DNA of 64,000 nt from Tubiluchus corallicola (lineage: Eukaryota; Animalia; Priapulida): positions 62,001-126,000 of the forward strand of contig JAQGDQ010000587.1 of NCBI GenBank assembly GCA_030141605.1, written 5' to 3'. The notes beneath the pieces were generated by a model. It made no database searches. It worked only from the letters and a program-made list of their open reading frames with translations, and had not been told where the DNA came from. The position numbers and the translations under genes were made by a program. Position 1 is the first letter of the stretch. Each line of letters starts with the position of its first letter. Of this stretch, positions 24,020-39,099 are shown piece after piece.

Positions 24020-24455
24020 AATTTGTTTCAAACGACTTACCGTTAAAATGGCTGCGCTTAACGGTCAAATTAAACAGTTTAAATTTACTAGTTTTATACA
24101 GCGTTACTGTTAACGCAAGCTCTCTATGCAACGAGGCAGTAAGTATGTGACACAAAATTTCAAGGCATTTTTAGCTTCATGTGAAACCAAAATACACATT
24201 ATCGACCTTATTAACAATACAAAGCAGTTAGTTCTTTTGCTTACGAATGAGATACGAATGCCCTGATTAGTTTTTCAAACTTTATTCGATGCTACCTAAT
24301 CTTGTTTCAAATGATCTACCATCAAAATGGCTGGGAATTTCAATTTTCAAGTTTTTATACAGCGTTACTGCTAGCGCAAGCCCTGCATGCAGCAAGGCGG
24401 CAGTATGTATGTGACACAAAATTTTAGCTCTGTGTAAATAAAGGGTTTTCTTGTG
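24020..24455 (-). mobile_element. Family D copy with an internal duplication
   Basis: TTGTTTCAAA..AAAATGGCTG..TTTTATACAGCGTTACTG occurs twice (~24022 and ~24302). Confidence 0.65.
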
Positions 24456-25497
24456 TTTTAGCTATTTGAATGTTTTCCAGTAATAGACTAGTTTACTGAT
24501 CCAAGGTTCAATGGTAACGTTTACTCTCTTGCATTCCTCGCATAGTTTTCATTTCAACGTTTCGGGTACAGCTACAGCAACTCCCCCCCGCCCCCACTCG
24601 CAACCGTTGCTGCTACCGCATATTATAAGTGCAAAAAAATTGGCACTACGCCAAACGAAAGCTATTTTCTGATAAGGTAATAAAATGCGACAATATAGAA
24701 AATATAGAACTTGCAAGACATATTTAGAGTACAACGCGGTGCATTCCTGCACGCCTTGAGTATACATGCAAAAACAAAGATAGTAACATGGGCAAAATTC
24801 ATAGTAACAATAAACAATGTCGATAATCACCCCTGTATACAACGACATACCGCCTAGTTGCATTCACTCCAACACACGCGCATGCGTGTTGGATTCAGCC
24901 ATCGGTTGTAGTATATGAAAAACCATCCTGTCTTCCTTTGTACGAAACTGCACTAGTTTCTTCATTAGCAACATCACAGCAGTCTATAACTTTCAGATTT
25001 CTGCTCTTGAATAGCTATCACGTACTGTGAGAAGAATTGTTTTGCAATTGCACACGGCGCCACATGCTCTAGGGAAATTCGATGCGTCTCTCAAAAGTGT
25101 TTATCACAAACACGAATAAAACGCATTACTCCAGGGCTCGTGTTTTACAAACGATTTTCATTTTGAAAATTCATTGCTTTGCGTTAAAAGCACAGATCTA
25201 TGGTTAAAAGCCTCGGTGACAGCTGAAGCTGCATTTATTGCGAAAAATGCGCAAAATTCGCGTGCACAAATTTGCGTGTCACAATTACGGTGTTCTATTA
25301 TCGATCATAATATCGATTATTGCGCAAATTAATGTAAATGGAGATCCAAAAATAGAGATACGGTTTCTATGTCTAATATTCTTTCTAAGCTGCTATCTTA
25401 TAGAGCAATGTAAGTTAAAGCGATTTTTTCACGCTTGAAAAATAACAGGTATTCATTGATAACATTATTATAAAAATCTATAAAAACAACAACTGCA

Positions 25498-26288
<791 letters not shown>

Positions 26289-26894
26289 ACAAAACTAGCA
26301 GCAGACTGACCTTTTTCCCACCTACAGCTAAGCTTGATAATTAAAGTGATTTTAAATCACTGAACGCTGCTTTTTGACTCACAATCTAAGTAAGAAAACT
26401 TTTGCTAATGTACAGACCTTCATCTTTCAACAAAAATTCATGTTTAATAGGCCTATTGCAAAGATCCTAATGTTGTCTACAGCAAAACTTCTAATGTTAA
26501 CACTAATTTATTACTTTAAAAATCATTGCAAAAATTCTAATGTTTGCCCAAGCGAAACCACGTTCATGTCGGTGCTGCAGCTCAAACGAATTAAAATGGC
26601 GGTTTTTTCCATTTCGGAAATCAGTCGCAAACATGTCGGTCGGTCGCCGTTTCCGGTCGACTTGGGTATCGATTCCGCGCGGCTATTAGAAAGTTTGTTG
26701 GCTTGAAACGGCAACTGAAGCCAAACTGAGTATTTCTAATGTACAAAACGTGTATTGGACGAGTGCAGCGTAGCGTGACGATTGGCTTAAGTGTAGGTTA
26801 ATTTATGTACAATCACTGACGTTTAATCGTGTTATTAAAGCGACCTGTGTAGCTGCTGCTGTATTACGCGGTTTTAAACACCGTCAAAATATCT

Positions 26895-27330
26895 AACATT
26901 TTTCGGTTTTTTTCACCAGACCTCTTACCTTTGGAATTCTCATCTATTACAAAATTGGCGCAAATTATTCACCTGTTAACTATAATCTTAACTGCTTCAA
27001 AATGAAGATTTTTAAGGTGTGCTACAGTGTTTCTAAACACCATAAAAACACAGTGTTTAAAGTTCATCCAGTTTTTCTTCCACCGGGCCTCTTAGCTTTA
27101 GAATTCTTATCTGCTACAAAACTGGCACAATTTTTTTACCTGTTAGCTTTAATTTTAACTGCAGGAAGGAAAACGTTTTTGTTCTGCATTAGAGCATTTC
27201 AAAACACTGTCAAAGACAATGTTTAACATTCATCCGGTTTTTTCCACAGGGTCTCTTACCTTTCGAATTCTTACCTGCTGCAAAATTGGCACAGATTATT
27301 TACCCATTAGCTATCATCTTAACTGCTTCA
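26895..27330. repeat. Degenerate tandem repeat, 3 x ~165 bp
   Basis: CTCTTACCTTT..GAATTCT..TCTGCTACAAAATTGGC..ATCTTAACTGC at ~26922, ~27089 and ~27253. Confidence 0.75.
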
Positions 27331-27569
27331 GTCTGCGTACCACTAGCAGAATAGTGGTTACCCAGAATTCTATTTATTAGACTTTTCACATTTTTGCTGG
27401 AGTTTTTTTATTCTGACCAGCCACTGCCATTGCTCGCGGCGATCAGAATAAAAAATTTCATGTTCCAAATCCATGTTTTTCCTAATTAAATAGTTCGGCC
27501 ACAAGACATGGAAGCAAACATCTACACTGTTGAGCAAAGAGGCAAAAACTTGAAGTAAACAAAACATAA

Positions 27570-27630
27570 ATCTCCACCTAGTATCGAACCCGGGTCCTTC
27601 TGCCTTCTAGACAGACACTTTTCGCAACCT
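27570..27630 (-). mobile_element. Degenerate tRNA-derived SINE head
   Basis: Minus strand GAAGGACCCGGGTTCGATACTAGG contains a B-box (GGTTCGA). Confidence 0.35.
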
Positions 27631-28372
27631 TTGATGTGCAAATTTTGTTATCACTACAAGTCGGTAGGACATAAACACCCACATAAGTTAATCTATACAA
27701 CTTTAATACATATAATCTATATCTTTTTTGTGCAAAAGGTTTATTGATTTTTCTACCCACGCGTTGAACACTGTACATCTGCCCACTAGTCTGCACTAAA
27801 TTATCTTTATTTATCTTATTTACACAAGAGTAGGGAAACGATTCTGCTATACGAACCACCTACTACATAGGTATGTTTACATTACGCTACACACACAACC
27901 TAGAATCTATTTTTGACCATCCATGCGTCATCAATGGCTTCATGCGTCATCCATGGCTTCCATGGGTGCAATACCCCAGGTCAAGCATAACGTTCACACA
28001 TTTGACCCAAGTTGCTTCGTGAACTTTCCCACTGCTAAACCTAGTGTAGGGCTGTTTAGGCACCTGACTATAATAAGCTTTCCCAGGGCATTTTTAGACA
28101 TGGTGCAACTTCCTGCAAATTCAGTTTCTACCCTCGGGCTTCTTATCTGTGGAATTCTCCACCACGAATTTTAAATTTAATTTTGCTACTTAATTTGATT
28201 TTTTCGACACGTATTCGTATCTTTACCTTCTTTGCTGGATGCTTTTCTACCATGCTTAGTCTTTGTTATTTAATGCTCCTGTTTAGAACGACTTGTACAA
28301 AAGCGTGACATAAATTTCATGGTATTTTTAGCTGCAGGGGAAAATTGAAAACTCACAAATATTGCGCTTTAA

Positions 28373-28875
28373 AGGAAAGACCAGGCATTCTGGGAAATTA
28401 GGCCTATTTCAATGCTGGGGAAAAATGTTAGAAAGATTTAGCAATATTAGTGTTATAAGTGTCTCGTGTAATTAGCAAAATCACTTAGAAGTCACGATCA
28501 TTTAACGTTATTTCTCCCACCAGTGACGTCATTCATCAACTGAAGAAAATCAGGACACTGTGAATTACCGTCAAAAGAAGTTTTTACAAAAAGACAGATT
28601 GGTTATTTTGTAATATTTTTGCTTATGCAGAGTGCAGCAAAGCGCGCCTACGTAATGCGATGATGCGCTTACAAAAAATCACAAAGTCCACCAATTACGT
28701 CATAATTTTCGGGTGAATTGCTGTTACCACTGCGCCTGAAAATTTCTATTCAGAGGTAGTATAAATCAACTTTATGGATTTTGGACAGTTTTTTCAAATT
28801 TCTTTGTTTTATTTTTCTAAGTTTAAGCGGTAAGAGTAAAATAAACACAACAGGCAAAGGGACATGTACTTTCCT
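28373..28875 (+). mobile_element. Kolobok-like family C copy
   Basis: TTAA|AGGAAAGACCAGGC ... CTTTCCT|TCAA; shares CCAGTGACGTCATTCATC with 4610-5161. Confidence 0.8.
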
Positions 28876-29846
28876 TCAACACTGATTTAATAAAAAGCTT
28901 GAAAACGAACTAGGTTTTGTGTATTTCTTCAAGTTAACTTGAACACCATCAGTATAACATTTACACCCACTCAGAGCGTTCATGTCCCACTCAAGGTCTG
29001 TCAGACTTGATCCTCTTATCTGATCCTGGAAAGTTGACATCCTGGGACAGGCCCTCCTCCTCTCGGAAACATGGTTTATCAGTAGCGGTGCTTTTGTTGC
29101 AACTTCCACTCATTCGTCCACTGAGTTCCATTCATTCAGCTCATTTATTTTATTCTGGCGCATCGAGGCTGCCGTACATTACTGATACTAAAGACGGCAT
29201 TCATCTAGTTCACGTAGCACACGTTATTCTGAATGGTGACTATTAATCGACTCGCTGATCAATGCCAGGGATCACATTAGCAGCTTCACGTGCAGGGTGG
29301 GAAATGTTCGTCACGTGACAATGCTGGTCAAAATGGCTTCCTTTGACAGGCACAAAGTCGTCTAGAGCAACCTGGTTTTTGAGTACGCGCAAGCTGAAGA
29401 TAATATTGTTAAAACAGGCTTCTACTCAGCATATTCCAAAATGCAGAACGGCTGCTTAAAAATCCGTTTTTCATTGGACCTCTTTGGAATCCTTGCCAGA
29501 GATTGCTTTCATGTTAGCTACAACCTCAAACCCTTAAAATAATGTCAGCAGATACCTCCTATTACGAGTAATTCGTCAAACTTTAAGGAACTGAATTCGA
29601 ATTTAAACCGTTCTGCTGTTTGTTTGCCTAGCATTTCAATTGAGAAGTCACGTGAGCGCTGTCATCACAGATGGGGACGAAAGTTTGTTGGTCCCCCACC
29701 AATTTGGGCAGCTTTTCCTGGACACTGCCGCGTAGTTAACACTTTGAAGCCATCCATTCAGGCAGCCATAACTCCAGGGTTTCATTTCGCTGACCAGCTG
29801 AGCTAGAAATCGATTTAGCAGCTCCCAGTAGTAAACATGATGAAGT

Positions 29847-31340
29847 ATGTGAGTTATGTTTGAACGAGTCACGTCTAAAAGTGTTGAGATTTGTGAGTTA
29901 TATTTAAATAAGTCACGTCTAAAAGTGTTGAGATTTGTGAGTTATATTTGAACGAGTCACGTCTCAAAGTGTTGAGATTTGTGAGTAATATTTGAATAAG
30001 TCACGTCTAAAAGTGTTGAGATTTGTGAGTAATATTTGAATAAGTCACGTCTAAAAGTGTTGAGATTTGTGAGTAATATTTAAATAAATCACGTTTAAAA
30101 GTGTTGAGATTTGTGAGTTATATTTGAATAAGTCACGTCTAAAAGTGTTGAGATTTGTGAGTTATATTTAAATAAGTCACGTCTAAAAGTGTTGAGATTT
30201 GTGAGTTATATTTAAATAAGTCACGTCTAAAAGTGTTGAGATTTGTGAGTTATATTTAAATAAGTCACGTCTAAAAGTGTTGAGATTTGTGAGTAATATT
30301 TGAACGAGTCTCGTCTAAAAGTGTTGAGATTTGTGAGTTATATTTGAACGAGTCTCGTCTAGGAGTGTTGAGATTTGTGAGTTATATTTGAACGAGTCTT
30401 GTCTAGGAGTGTTGAGATTTGTGAGTTATATTTGAACGAGTCTCATCTGGAAGTGTTGAGATTTATGAGTTATATTTGAACGAGTCTCGTCTGGAAGTGT
30501 TGAGATTTGTGAGTTATATTTGAACGAGTCTTGTCTAGGAGTGTTGAGATTTGTGAGTTATATTTGAACGAGTCTCATCTGGAAGTGTTGAGATTTGTGA
30601 GTTATATTTGAACGAGTCTCGTCTAGGAGTGTTGAGATTTGTGAGTTATATTTGAACGAGTCTCGTCTGGAAGTGTTGAGATTTGTGAGTTATATTTGAA
30701 CGAGTCTCGTCTAGGAGTGTTGAGATTTATGAGTTATATTTGAACGAGTCTCATCTGGAAGTGTTGAGATTTATGAGTTATATTTGAACGAGTCTCGTCT
30801 GGAAGTGTTGAGATTTGTGAGTTATATTTGAACGAGTCTCATCTGGAAGTGTTGAGATTTATGAGTTATATTTGAACGAGTCTCATCTGGAAGTGTTGAG
30901 ATTTATGTGTTATATTTGAACGAGTCTTGTCTAAAAGTGTTGAGATTTGTGAGTTATATTTGAACGAGTCTCGTCTAAAAGTGTTGAGATTTGTGAGTTA
31001 TATTTGAACGAGTCTTGTCTAGGAGTGTTGAGATTTGTGAGTTATATTTGAACGAGTCTCATCTGGAAGTGTTGAGATTTATGAGTTATATTTGAACGAG
31101 TCTCGTCTAGGAGTGTTGAGATTTATGAGTTATATTTGAACGAGTCTCGTCTAGGAGTGTTGAGATTTGTGAGTTATATTTGAACGAGTCTCGTCTAGGA
31201 GTGTTGAGATTTGTGAGTTATATTTGAACGAGTCTCGTCTAGGAGTGTTGAGATTTGTGAGTTATATTTGAACGAGTCTCGTCTAGGAGTGTTGAGATTT
31301 GTGAGTTATATTTGAACGAGTCTCATCTGGGAGTGTTGAG
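29847..31340. repeat. Satellite array, ~34 x 44 bp
   Basis: Consensus GTGTTGAGATTTGTGAGTTATATTTGAACGAGTC(A/T)CGTCT(AAAA/AGGA/GGAA). Confidence 0.97.
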
Positions 31341-31571
31341 ATTTGTGAGTAATATTTGAATTATAAGCACTGGGTTGGAAATATTGTCCTAACAATTTTC
31401 TAAAACGTTTTCGAAATGAATCTATTTCATTCTTTTGACAATGTTTGACTAACTGAATTTTGTTTCAAAGCACATCGTCCATGGCTTCTCTGGATAACTA
31501 ACCTGACTTTCCGTTACGATGGCTTGATTGCTTTCTACTCTATCAAAAGTACTTCCCAGCCTGCTAACAGT

Positions 31572-31971
31572 CCGGGACAGATTTTGACTTTTGGGGCACC
31601 TGGGCTAATGAAATTATGGGGCCACCTCAGACCAAGCCACCCTCTAACTTTCTCGTACTCGCCTCGAATATTTCTACTTGATATATTTTAGCAAAATTTA
31701 AAAGCTGGGGGGTGGACCGTACTTCAAATAAAGGGTTTCAAAGAGGGGCCTTTATCTTAAATAAAGGGCCTGAAAGAAAGGCCGTTTATCTCAAAGAAAA
31801 GGGCTTCGAACAGGGATCCTCTATTTCAAACGAGGAGAAACTTTAAAATTGGATTTTTAGATTTCCTGGCTTTCTTTTTTAAAGTCAGAAATGCAAAGTA
31901 GCCCCCCCCCCCCTCAAGCTGAGGGGCCCTAAACTGCAATCTGTAGTAATCTATATTGTAATCCGGCCCTG
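31572..31971. mobile_element. Degenerate hAT-like non-autonomous element
   Basis: Right end AATCCGGCCCTG; left end CCGGGACAGATT (9/12 to CAGGGCCGGATT); GGGGCCC-rich subtermini. No 8-bp TSD recovered. Confidence 0.5.
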
Positions 31972-32929
31972 TTCCTAGTGTTATCGTTCACTGTGCACAG
32001 AGCTCATAGATACAGGCAATTATCTCAGTATTATACTGAACCATTTTGAAAAATGCGAGAAAAATTTGCTTGTAAAAGTCACGCCTACAATGCTCTAGGA
32101 GAGTTATCACTATGGCTTTATCATTGATACAGGTATCCTATTCATTAGTACCAATTATGGACATTAGTCGTGTGCAGAGAAAGATCAAAGACCGCCGACA
32201 GCTACTGTAAATTACACAGCTTCAGATGGTTACTTTGATATAGAATCACATGGGGATAAGTCGTTCACTTTGGCAATACCAGAAATCTTCGCAATATCAA
32301 TAATGCATACGCACCGCAGACCTTAGCGACGACAAAGCTGCCACCTACGCAAAGGAATATTGAATCAAAGAATGAGAAATAACTTTAACGCGCTGATGAG
32401 GAGCATGTAACTTGGATACCTCACAGATTTAGGAAGTTTTTAACTAAATAATCAAACAGCTAAATTTCGACAAGAAGTAGGCAAGTGAAGCATTTTCGAA
32501 GCTTACACACCACAAGTAATTTAAAAACAAAAATTGTATATATCTATTCACATTTCACAAACTTGAAAAAATGCATTTGTGTATGATGTACAACGGACTT
32601 AACAACATAGATCTGTCACATTCACACGTCCATCTGCAAAAAAAGAGAATTCGACAACCCCTTGAAAAAAATCAAGCGGTTAAACTAGCAAACTATTTCT
32701 CATATTTTATGTAAAATAACCGCAAGAATATGGCAGTTAATTCACGCCTCAGCATTTAAAGCTTGAGTCGTGACTTGGTGATAAAGCTCAGATAACTCGC
32801 TTGTATAAAATCAGGTTCAAAGCTCGGATCAGTTTGCATTAAGGCTGTCAGGTACAGTTGATAACTGTGCAACATAGTTAGCATGGATTACTGTAACTAC
32901 ACTCTGTAATTCTCCATGTTGCACTAAAA

Positions 32930-33470
32930 TCACCATCATCACCGTCATTGTCATCATCATCATCAACAGCATCAGCATTTTCGTCACTATCGCAATCGTC
33001 AATATCATCATCAATATCATTCATCACAAAAAATAACTGCCACCATCCATCACCACCTCCACAACAACAGCAACTGCAACAACTACTACAACACTACTAT
33101 CACCACCACCACTATCATTACCATTATCATCGTCATCATCATCATCAACAGCATCAGCATTTTTGTCACTATCACAATCGCCAATATCATTCATCACCAC
33201 CACCACAACAACAGCAACAGCAACGACTACTACAACACTACTATCACCACCACCACCATCATTACCATCATCATCGTCATCATCATCATCAACAGCATCA
33301 GCGTTTTCGTCACTATCGCAATCGTCAATATCATTCATCGTTTCAGTCAATCAGGGAGAGACCACAACAACAGCAACAGCAACAATTACTACAACACTAC
33401 TATCACCACCACCACCACCATCATTACCATCATTATCATTATCATCATCGTCATTATCACCATTGTCATC
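32930..33470. repeat. Triplicated compound (CAT/CAC/CAA) low-complexity block
   Basis: CATCAACAGCATCAGC..GTCACTATC(G/A)CAATCG recurs three times. Confidence 0.9.
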
Positions 33471-33957
33471 AATACGTAATCGTCCTTGATATCATCGTAC
33501 TAATTTCTCCACAAATAAAACGAAATCACGGCTAGATCCGACCGCCCCAGCAATCAGCAATCTCACCACACTAGTCTGAATACGAAATGTTCCATTGTTC
33601 TTTTCGGCTAAAGAAAACTGCACAAATTCTATGCAGGATTAGCGCGGATTAAAGGCGTGATCCACACAAAATAACACTGAATCAGAACTATTTACATTCC
33701 TGAACGCCCCCGCAATTGCATGCCAGTGAACCGAACTCACAGGCGGGTGAGTTTTTGCGCTCGTTTTTAACAGCCGGGAGCTTTGAGTTACTGGCAATTT
33801 ACGTAACACGGGGGTTGTGAAACGGGCTCACCCAACACTCAGGGGTGCTACTGGGTGTCTAGGGCTGGAAAATTTCTCAGTATCTTCGCTGTGACTTGAT
33901 TATCTTTACGTCAGACAATAGTTTTGTTCAATGATATTTGTTCTGGCGTATAATTAA

Positions 33958-34566
33958 AAGGTAAGATACGCATTACTTAGGCAAAGCTAAAAAAACACTT
34001 TGAAATTTTGTCACCTGATTATCTGGGTGCAGAGCTTGCGTTGGCAGTAACGCTGTATATAACTTGTAAATATAAACTCCTGCGATGACCGTTAAGCGCA
34101 GCCATTTTAATAGTAAATCATTTGAAACAAGTTTAGATAACATTGCGTGAAGTTTGAAAAAAGAATCAGATCATTCGTAGCACTTTTCGCTAAGCAAAAG
34201 TTTAAATTACTTTATCTTGTCAATACGTTTTTTGGTGCACACTGTGAAGATAAATCAGTGGTGCACACTGTGAAGATAAATCAGTGGTGCACACTGTGAA
34301 GATAAATCAGTGGTGCACACTGTGAAGATAAATCAGTGGTACACACACTGTGAAGATAAATCAGTGCAGTGTTACCAGTTGGCGCGAATATTTTAATTTA
34401 TTAATAATTTTCTTTTCTAGTTATTAGTCTTCCAAGTAAGAAAGCATAATGGCACTTAATATAACTTTGCAGGGAAAGTATTTTGAGAGATAGTTTAACA
34501 TTGCCTTTTCATCTCTTTGTTTACGGATATGACGTCACGCACTTTAAAATTCCCTTTTCTTCCCCT
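33958..34566 (+). mobile_element. Family D copy containing 5 x 26-bp internal tandem repeat (34233-34366)
   Basis: Family D core plus GGTGCACACTGTGAAGATAAATCAGT x5. Ends CCCTTTTCTTCCCCT. Confidence 0.75.
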
Positions 34567-34619
34567 TTACTTTATTTAGATGTTTTATTTGCGCTGTTGT
34601 TGTTGTTATGAAGTTACAC

Positions 34620-34749
34620 AAATTCAGGGGAGCGTCTAAGCACATTTTACTAATTACATGAGACGCTTATCACACTTTTATTACTGAATCCTTACATTTT
34701 TCGCGTGTATCGAAATAAGCCTAACTTCCCAGAAGGCTTGGTCTTTCCT
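34620..34749 (-). mobile_element. Family C end fragment
   Basis: Ends CCCAGAAGGCTTGGTCTTTCCT|TTAA, the reverse of the 28373 terminus. Confidence 0.7.
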
Positions 34750-35035
34750 TTAATCACTGTTGGGCGCCATTACACCGGTCCTCTAGACATTGAGCAAGTC
34801 GTAACCAGGAGGCTGTGAATAGGACGAATCATATGTCCATATTTCGCTGATGCACTGCAGCTACTGTTGCTGGACTTTGCAAAACCTAATCAAGCCTATA
34901 ATGATTTGCTGGTTAAATGTGTACACAATCAATAGGGGAGTCAGTAATCTCGGGGGAAAGAAGCCATGGTCACGCAATGCTGAACAAGCTCGTGTGGTGA
35001 AAGCTTCGTTATGATGGAATGTTTCCTGAGAAATA

Positions 35036-35905
<870 letters not shown>

Positions 35906-36253
35906 AATACTGTGGTGTTCTGAAAGCTTAATTAAGATCGAATGCAATGCTCACTGTCTATTTGCTTAACAAAGTGAATTGTTACTAAAATTCACGCATA
36001 GAACTTTCACTGGCAACCTTGCTGAGAAATGTTTTTATCTTTGCGTAGGTTTGCATACCTTTAGTTATCATTTACCTGTGGCAACAGTTAGAATCCCTTT
36101 GCAGCAGCAACAGCAACGTGGTGATTTGTATAATTTATGCATAATTAATCGCATACATTTACTTGTCTTCCCTTGCAGCATTTGCTTACTGTTGTGGTAA
36201 CTAGAATGAATTACAGCACAGTGGCTGTGTGGCAAACTGATAACTGTAGAAAC

Positions 36254-36354
36254 GATGATGATAATAGATGATGATGATGATGATGACGATGACGATGACG
36301 ATGATAATGATGACGATGACGACGATGATGATGATGATGATGATGATGATGATC

Positions 36355-36447
<93 letters not shown>

Positions 36448-36480
36448 TAATAATAATAATATCAACAACAACAATAACAG
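36254..36480. repeat. (GAT)n-(AAT)n compound microsatellite
   Basis: Directly visible. Confidence 0.95.
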
Positions 36481-36576
36481 CAAGATGATGATGATTATAG
36501 GCGATGCAAGTGATGAAATAAAAATGTTTCAACCTTATGTGGAATTTGAGTAAACACATTTAACGAAAAACTAAAT

Positions 36577-36661
36577 CTTCTCTTTCTTCCTCTTCCTCAT
36601 CCCTCTCTCTCACTCTCTTTCTCTCTCTCTGTCTTTCTTTCTCTCTCTCTCTCTCTCTCCT

Positions 36662-36698
<37 letters not shown>

Positions 36699-36878
36699 CT
36701 TCTTCCCCCTCTCTCTCTCTCTCGCTCTTTCTCTCTTCTCGCTGTCTCTCTTTTTTCTTCCCCCTCTCTCTCCTTCCTCCTCTCCCTCTCATTCTCTCCC
36801 CTCTCTCTCTCCTTCCTCCTCCTCTCTCTCTCTCTTTCTCTCATTCTCTCTCCTTTCTCCTATCTATTTCCTTTCTCA
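36577..36878. repeat. Polypyrimidine (CT)-rich tract
   Basis: Directly visible. Confidence 0.95.
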
Positions 36879-37659
36879 CTACAAAGAATAATTACCTAGG
36901 ACAGGTTTGCTAAAAGCATAAGGAACTATGCAATGCTGCCCCCAGATTTTATTACAACTCACAGGACCATTTAATATACACATTAGCCGAACATCGCGCA
37001 TTAATATTCCACAGGGAAACAAGAATATAATCCCTTTAAATAAATGATGGTAGGATTAATATTTAGTAAGTCCTGCTCTGTGGCGGAGTAAGGGGGAGCA
37101 AGAAAACCTCCGAGTCTGCCCCCTTTGATCTGCCTTATATTATGCCTTCCATGAACTTAATAAATTACGTAATTTAAGGAAATTAAAAAAAGTGGAAATT
37201 CGCGGAGAAATCTAAAGATTCTCAAGGGTTCAAAACTGATAATAATGAAGGGGCATAACTACGTTGTGTAAAGGTCACCTAGGCCTCTGAAGATTCATCC
37301 TTACTCAGTACCACCTCTTCGTGTTTGGATACGCCCCCGCCGTTCTGCATAAAACAAACGGCGGAGCTGTTTCTCATCATGGCGGCGTGGTGCAAAATAA
37401 ATGCGGTTATGCAATATTCATGAAACGATTGAAAGCAAAAAGCTAATTTATTGAATCTAATTAGCACTCCGAAAATTACTCGCCTAATTAACGTTGCTAA
37501 TCACGTCACGGGTGAAAAGTATGCTGCTGATAATTATGCGCAAATCGAGGCTACGAAAAAGGTGAGGTAGCGAAGCCATTTATAAACTTAAAATTTCAAA
37601 TTCAGTTTGTACAGGTACTCGCAGTATTATTGGAAAAATAACTTTTTTGCTTGGAAAAA

Positions 37660-38015
37660 CAAGACAGGATGATTTTTCAGATACTACCCCATTTTCAAGT
37701 CCGGTGAAAAGTATACACAATTAATGCTGCATAAGCCTTTCCGATAATTAAATAATAGATAAAAACTTAATTAACGGCGGTCGAGCCCAACTATTGGTGA
37801 CATCACAAACTAACATAATTTTCATCAGCAAAAATATTCCTTGAGCGTGTTGCCCCTGTTTGTAAAAGAGAAAATTGAAGTAGAGTGCTACTGTAAGTGA
37901 TTCAATGTGTTGTACTAAAGCTCGGTAAGTTTTACGATAAAAATCCAAATTTCAAATCAACCGCTATGCTCACGCGTAAGCTGTCGAACGTGTGTAGTAC
38001 GTCACAAACGAACAC
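37660..38015 (-). mobile_element. Family A partial copy
   Basis: AAGACAGGATGATTTTTC..CCCATTTTCAAGTCC..TGACATCACAAACTAAC. Confidence 0.8.
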
Positions 38016-38569
38016 CTATGAACTTACTTGAAAACGGGGTAGAATACTCAGCCTTCTGTTTTTTCTTGTACTAATTTTGTAGTCCCTCCAAATCTTCTTT
38101 AAGTATCTGACGCGCGTCACTACGGTCTGTAAGCCATAGACCTGCATGCTGCTCCTCAACTGTGTAGTACAAGTCGAGTATTCTATTTACCAGAAGAAAA
38201 TTATGCGTGTTTGTGATTGCTGCATGATAGAGGGAGCTTGAAACTCAATCAACATGAAGAGAAATTCAATATAATTCAAACTTAATTATAAATTGCGCAA
38301 TTAAAGCCCCGGATTTCTGTCGCGGCCAGCTCGTGTAGATAGAGACGAATCAATACCTCACTTGCGGTTACCAGAACACTTAATGCAAATGTGTGTTCAA
38401 ATGCTTCCATTCTGGCTGTAACAATCGCTTAACAACCCGAGTATGCAGAGTGCTTGTCCAGTCCAAGAGCTAGTTGCTATTAGTTGTTCACATGTACCAG
38501 CTGGCGCCAAAAAAATGCGCCTAAATTTGACGTACGGTAGAAAGCACACATCTTAACACCAATTACAAT

Positions 38570-38930
38570 ACTGCAAAAGTGTTTCTGATGGTTAAATCAT
38601 AGATTAAATAACAGTTTACTTAACGGCGGGTGAGCCCAGCTGTTAATGACATCACAGACGAACGATATTCCGTGAGCGTGTTGCATGTGCTCGCAAAAGC
38701 GAAAATTAAAGCACAGTGCTACTTTACTAAATCCAGTGTTATATACAATGACGGGTAAATTTAAAATTTAAAAACCTCCAACATGTGCACTACGTCATAA
38801 CTGTGCAGTTTTTGTGCAACGCATTTCCGGAATGCAGGTGCTGTGTCCATCTAAATAGCGCACGACGAAATTCATGTTACTGGGCGCGAACGTGATTTTA
38901 AATTTCTGTGCTTATAATTCTTTACGTAAT
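38570..38930 (-). mobile_element. Family A diverged copy
   Basis: TAACGGCGGGTGAGCCCAGCTGTTAATGACATCACA..GCGAAAATTAAAGCACAGTGCTAC. Confidence 0.65.
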
Positions 38931-39099
38931 TACGAAAGCGATAGTAATTGTTAAAGAAACAATTACGATTGTTTTCAACATTTTACACACCATAGTCCAA
39001 ATTATGGCCAAATTTTGATGAAATAGAGACTAACTGGATACAGCTGTCAAAGTTTCAGAAATATTTCCTAACGCCATTTTAACATTTTTTTACATTTTT

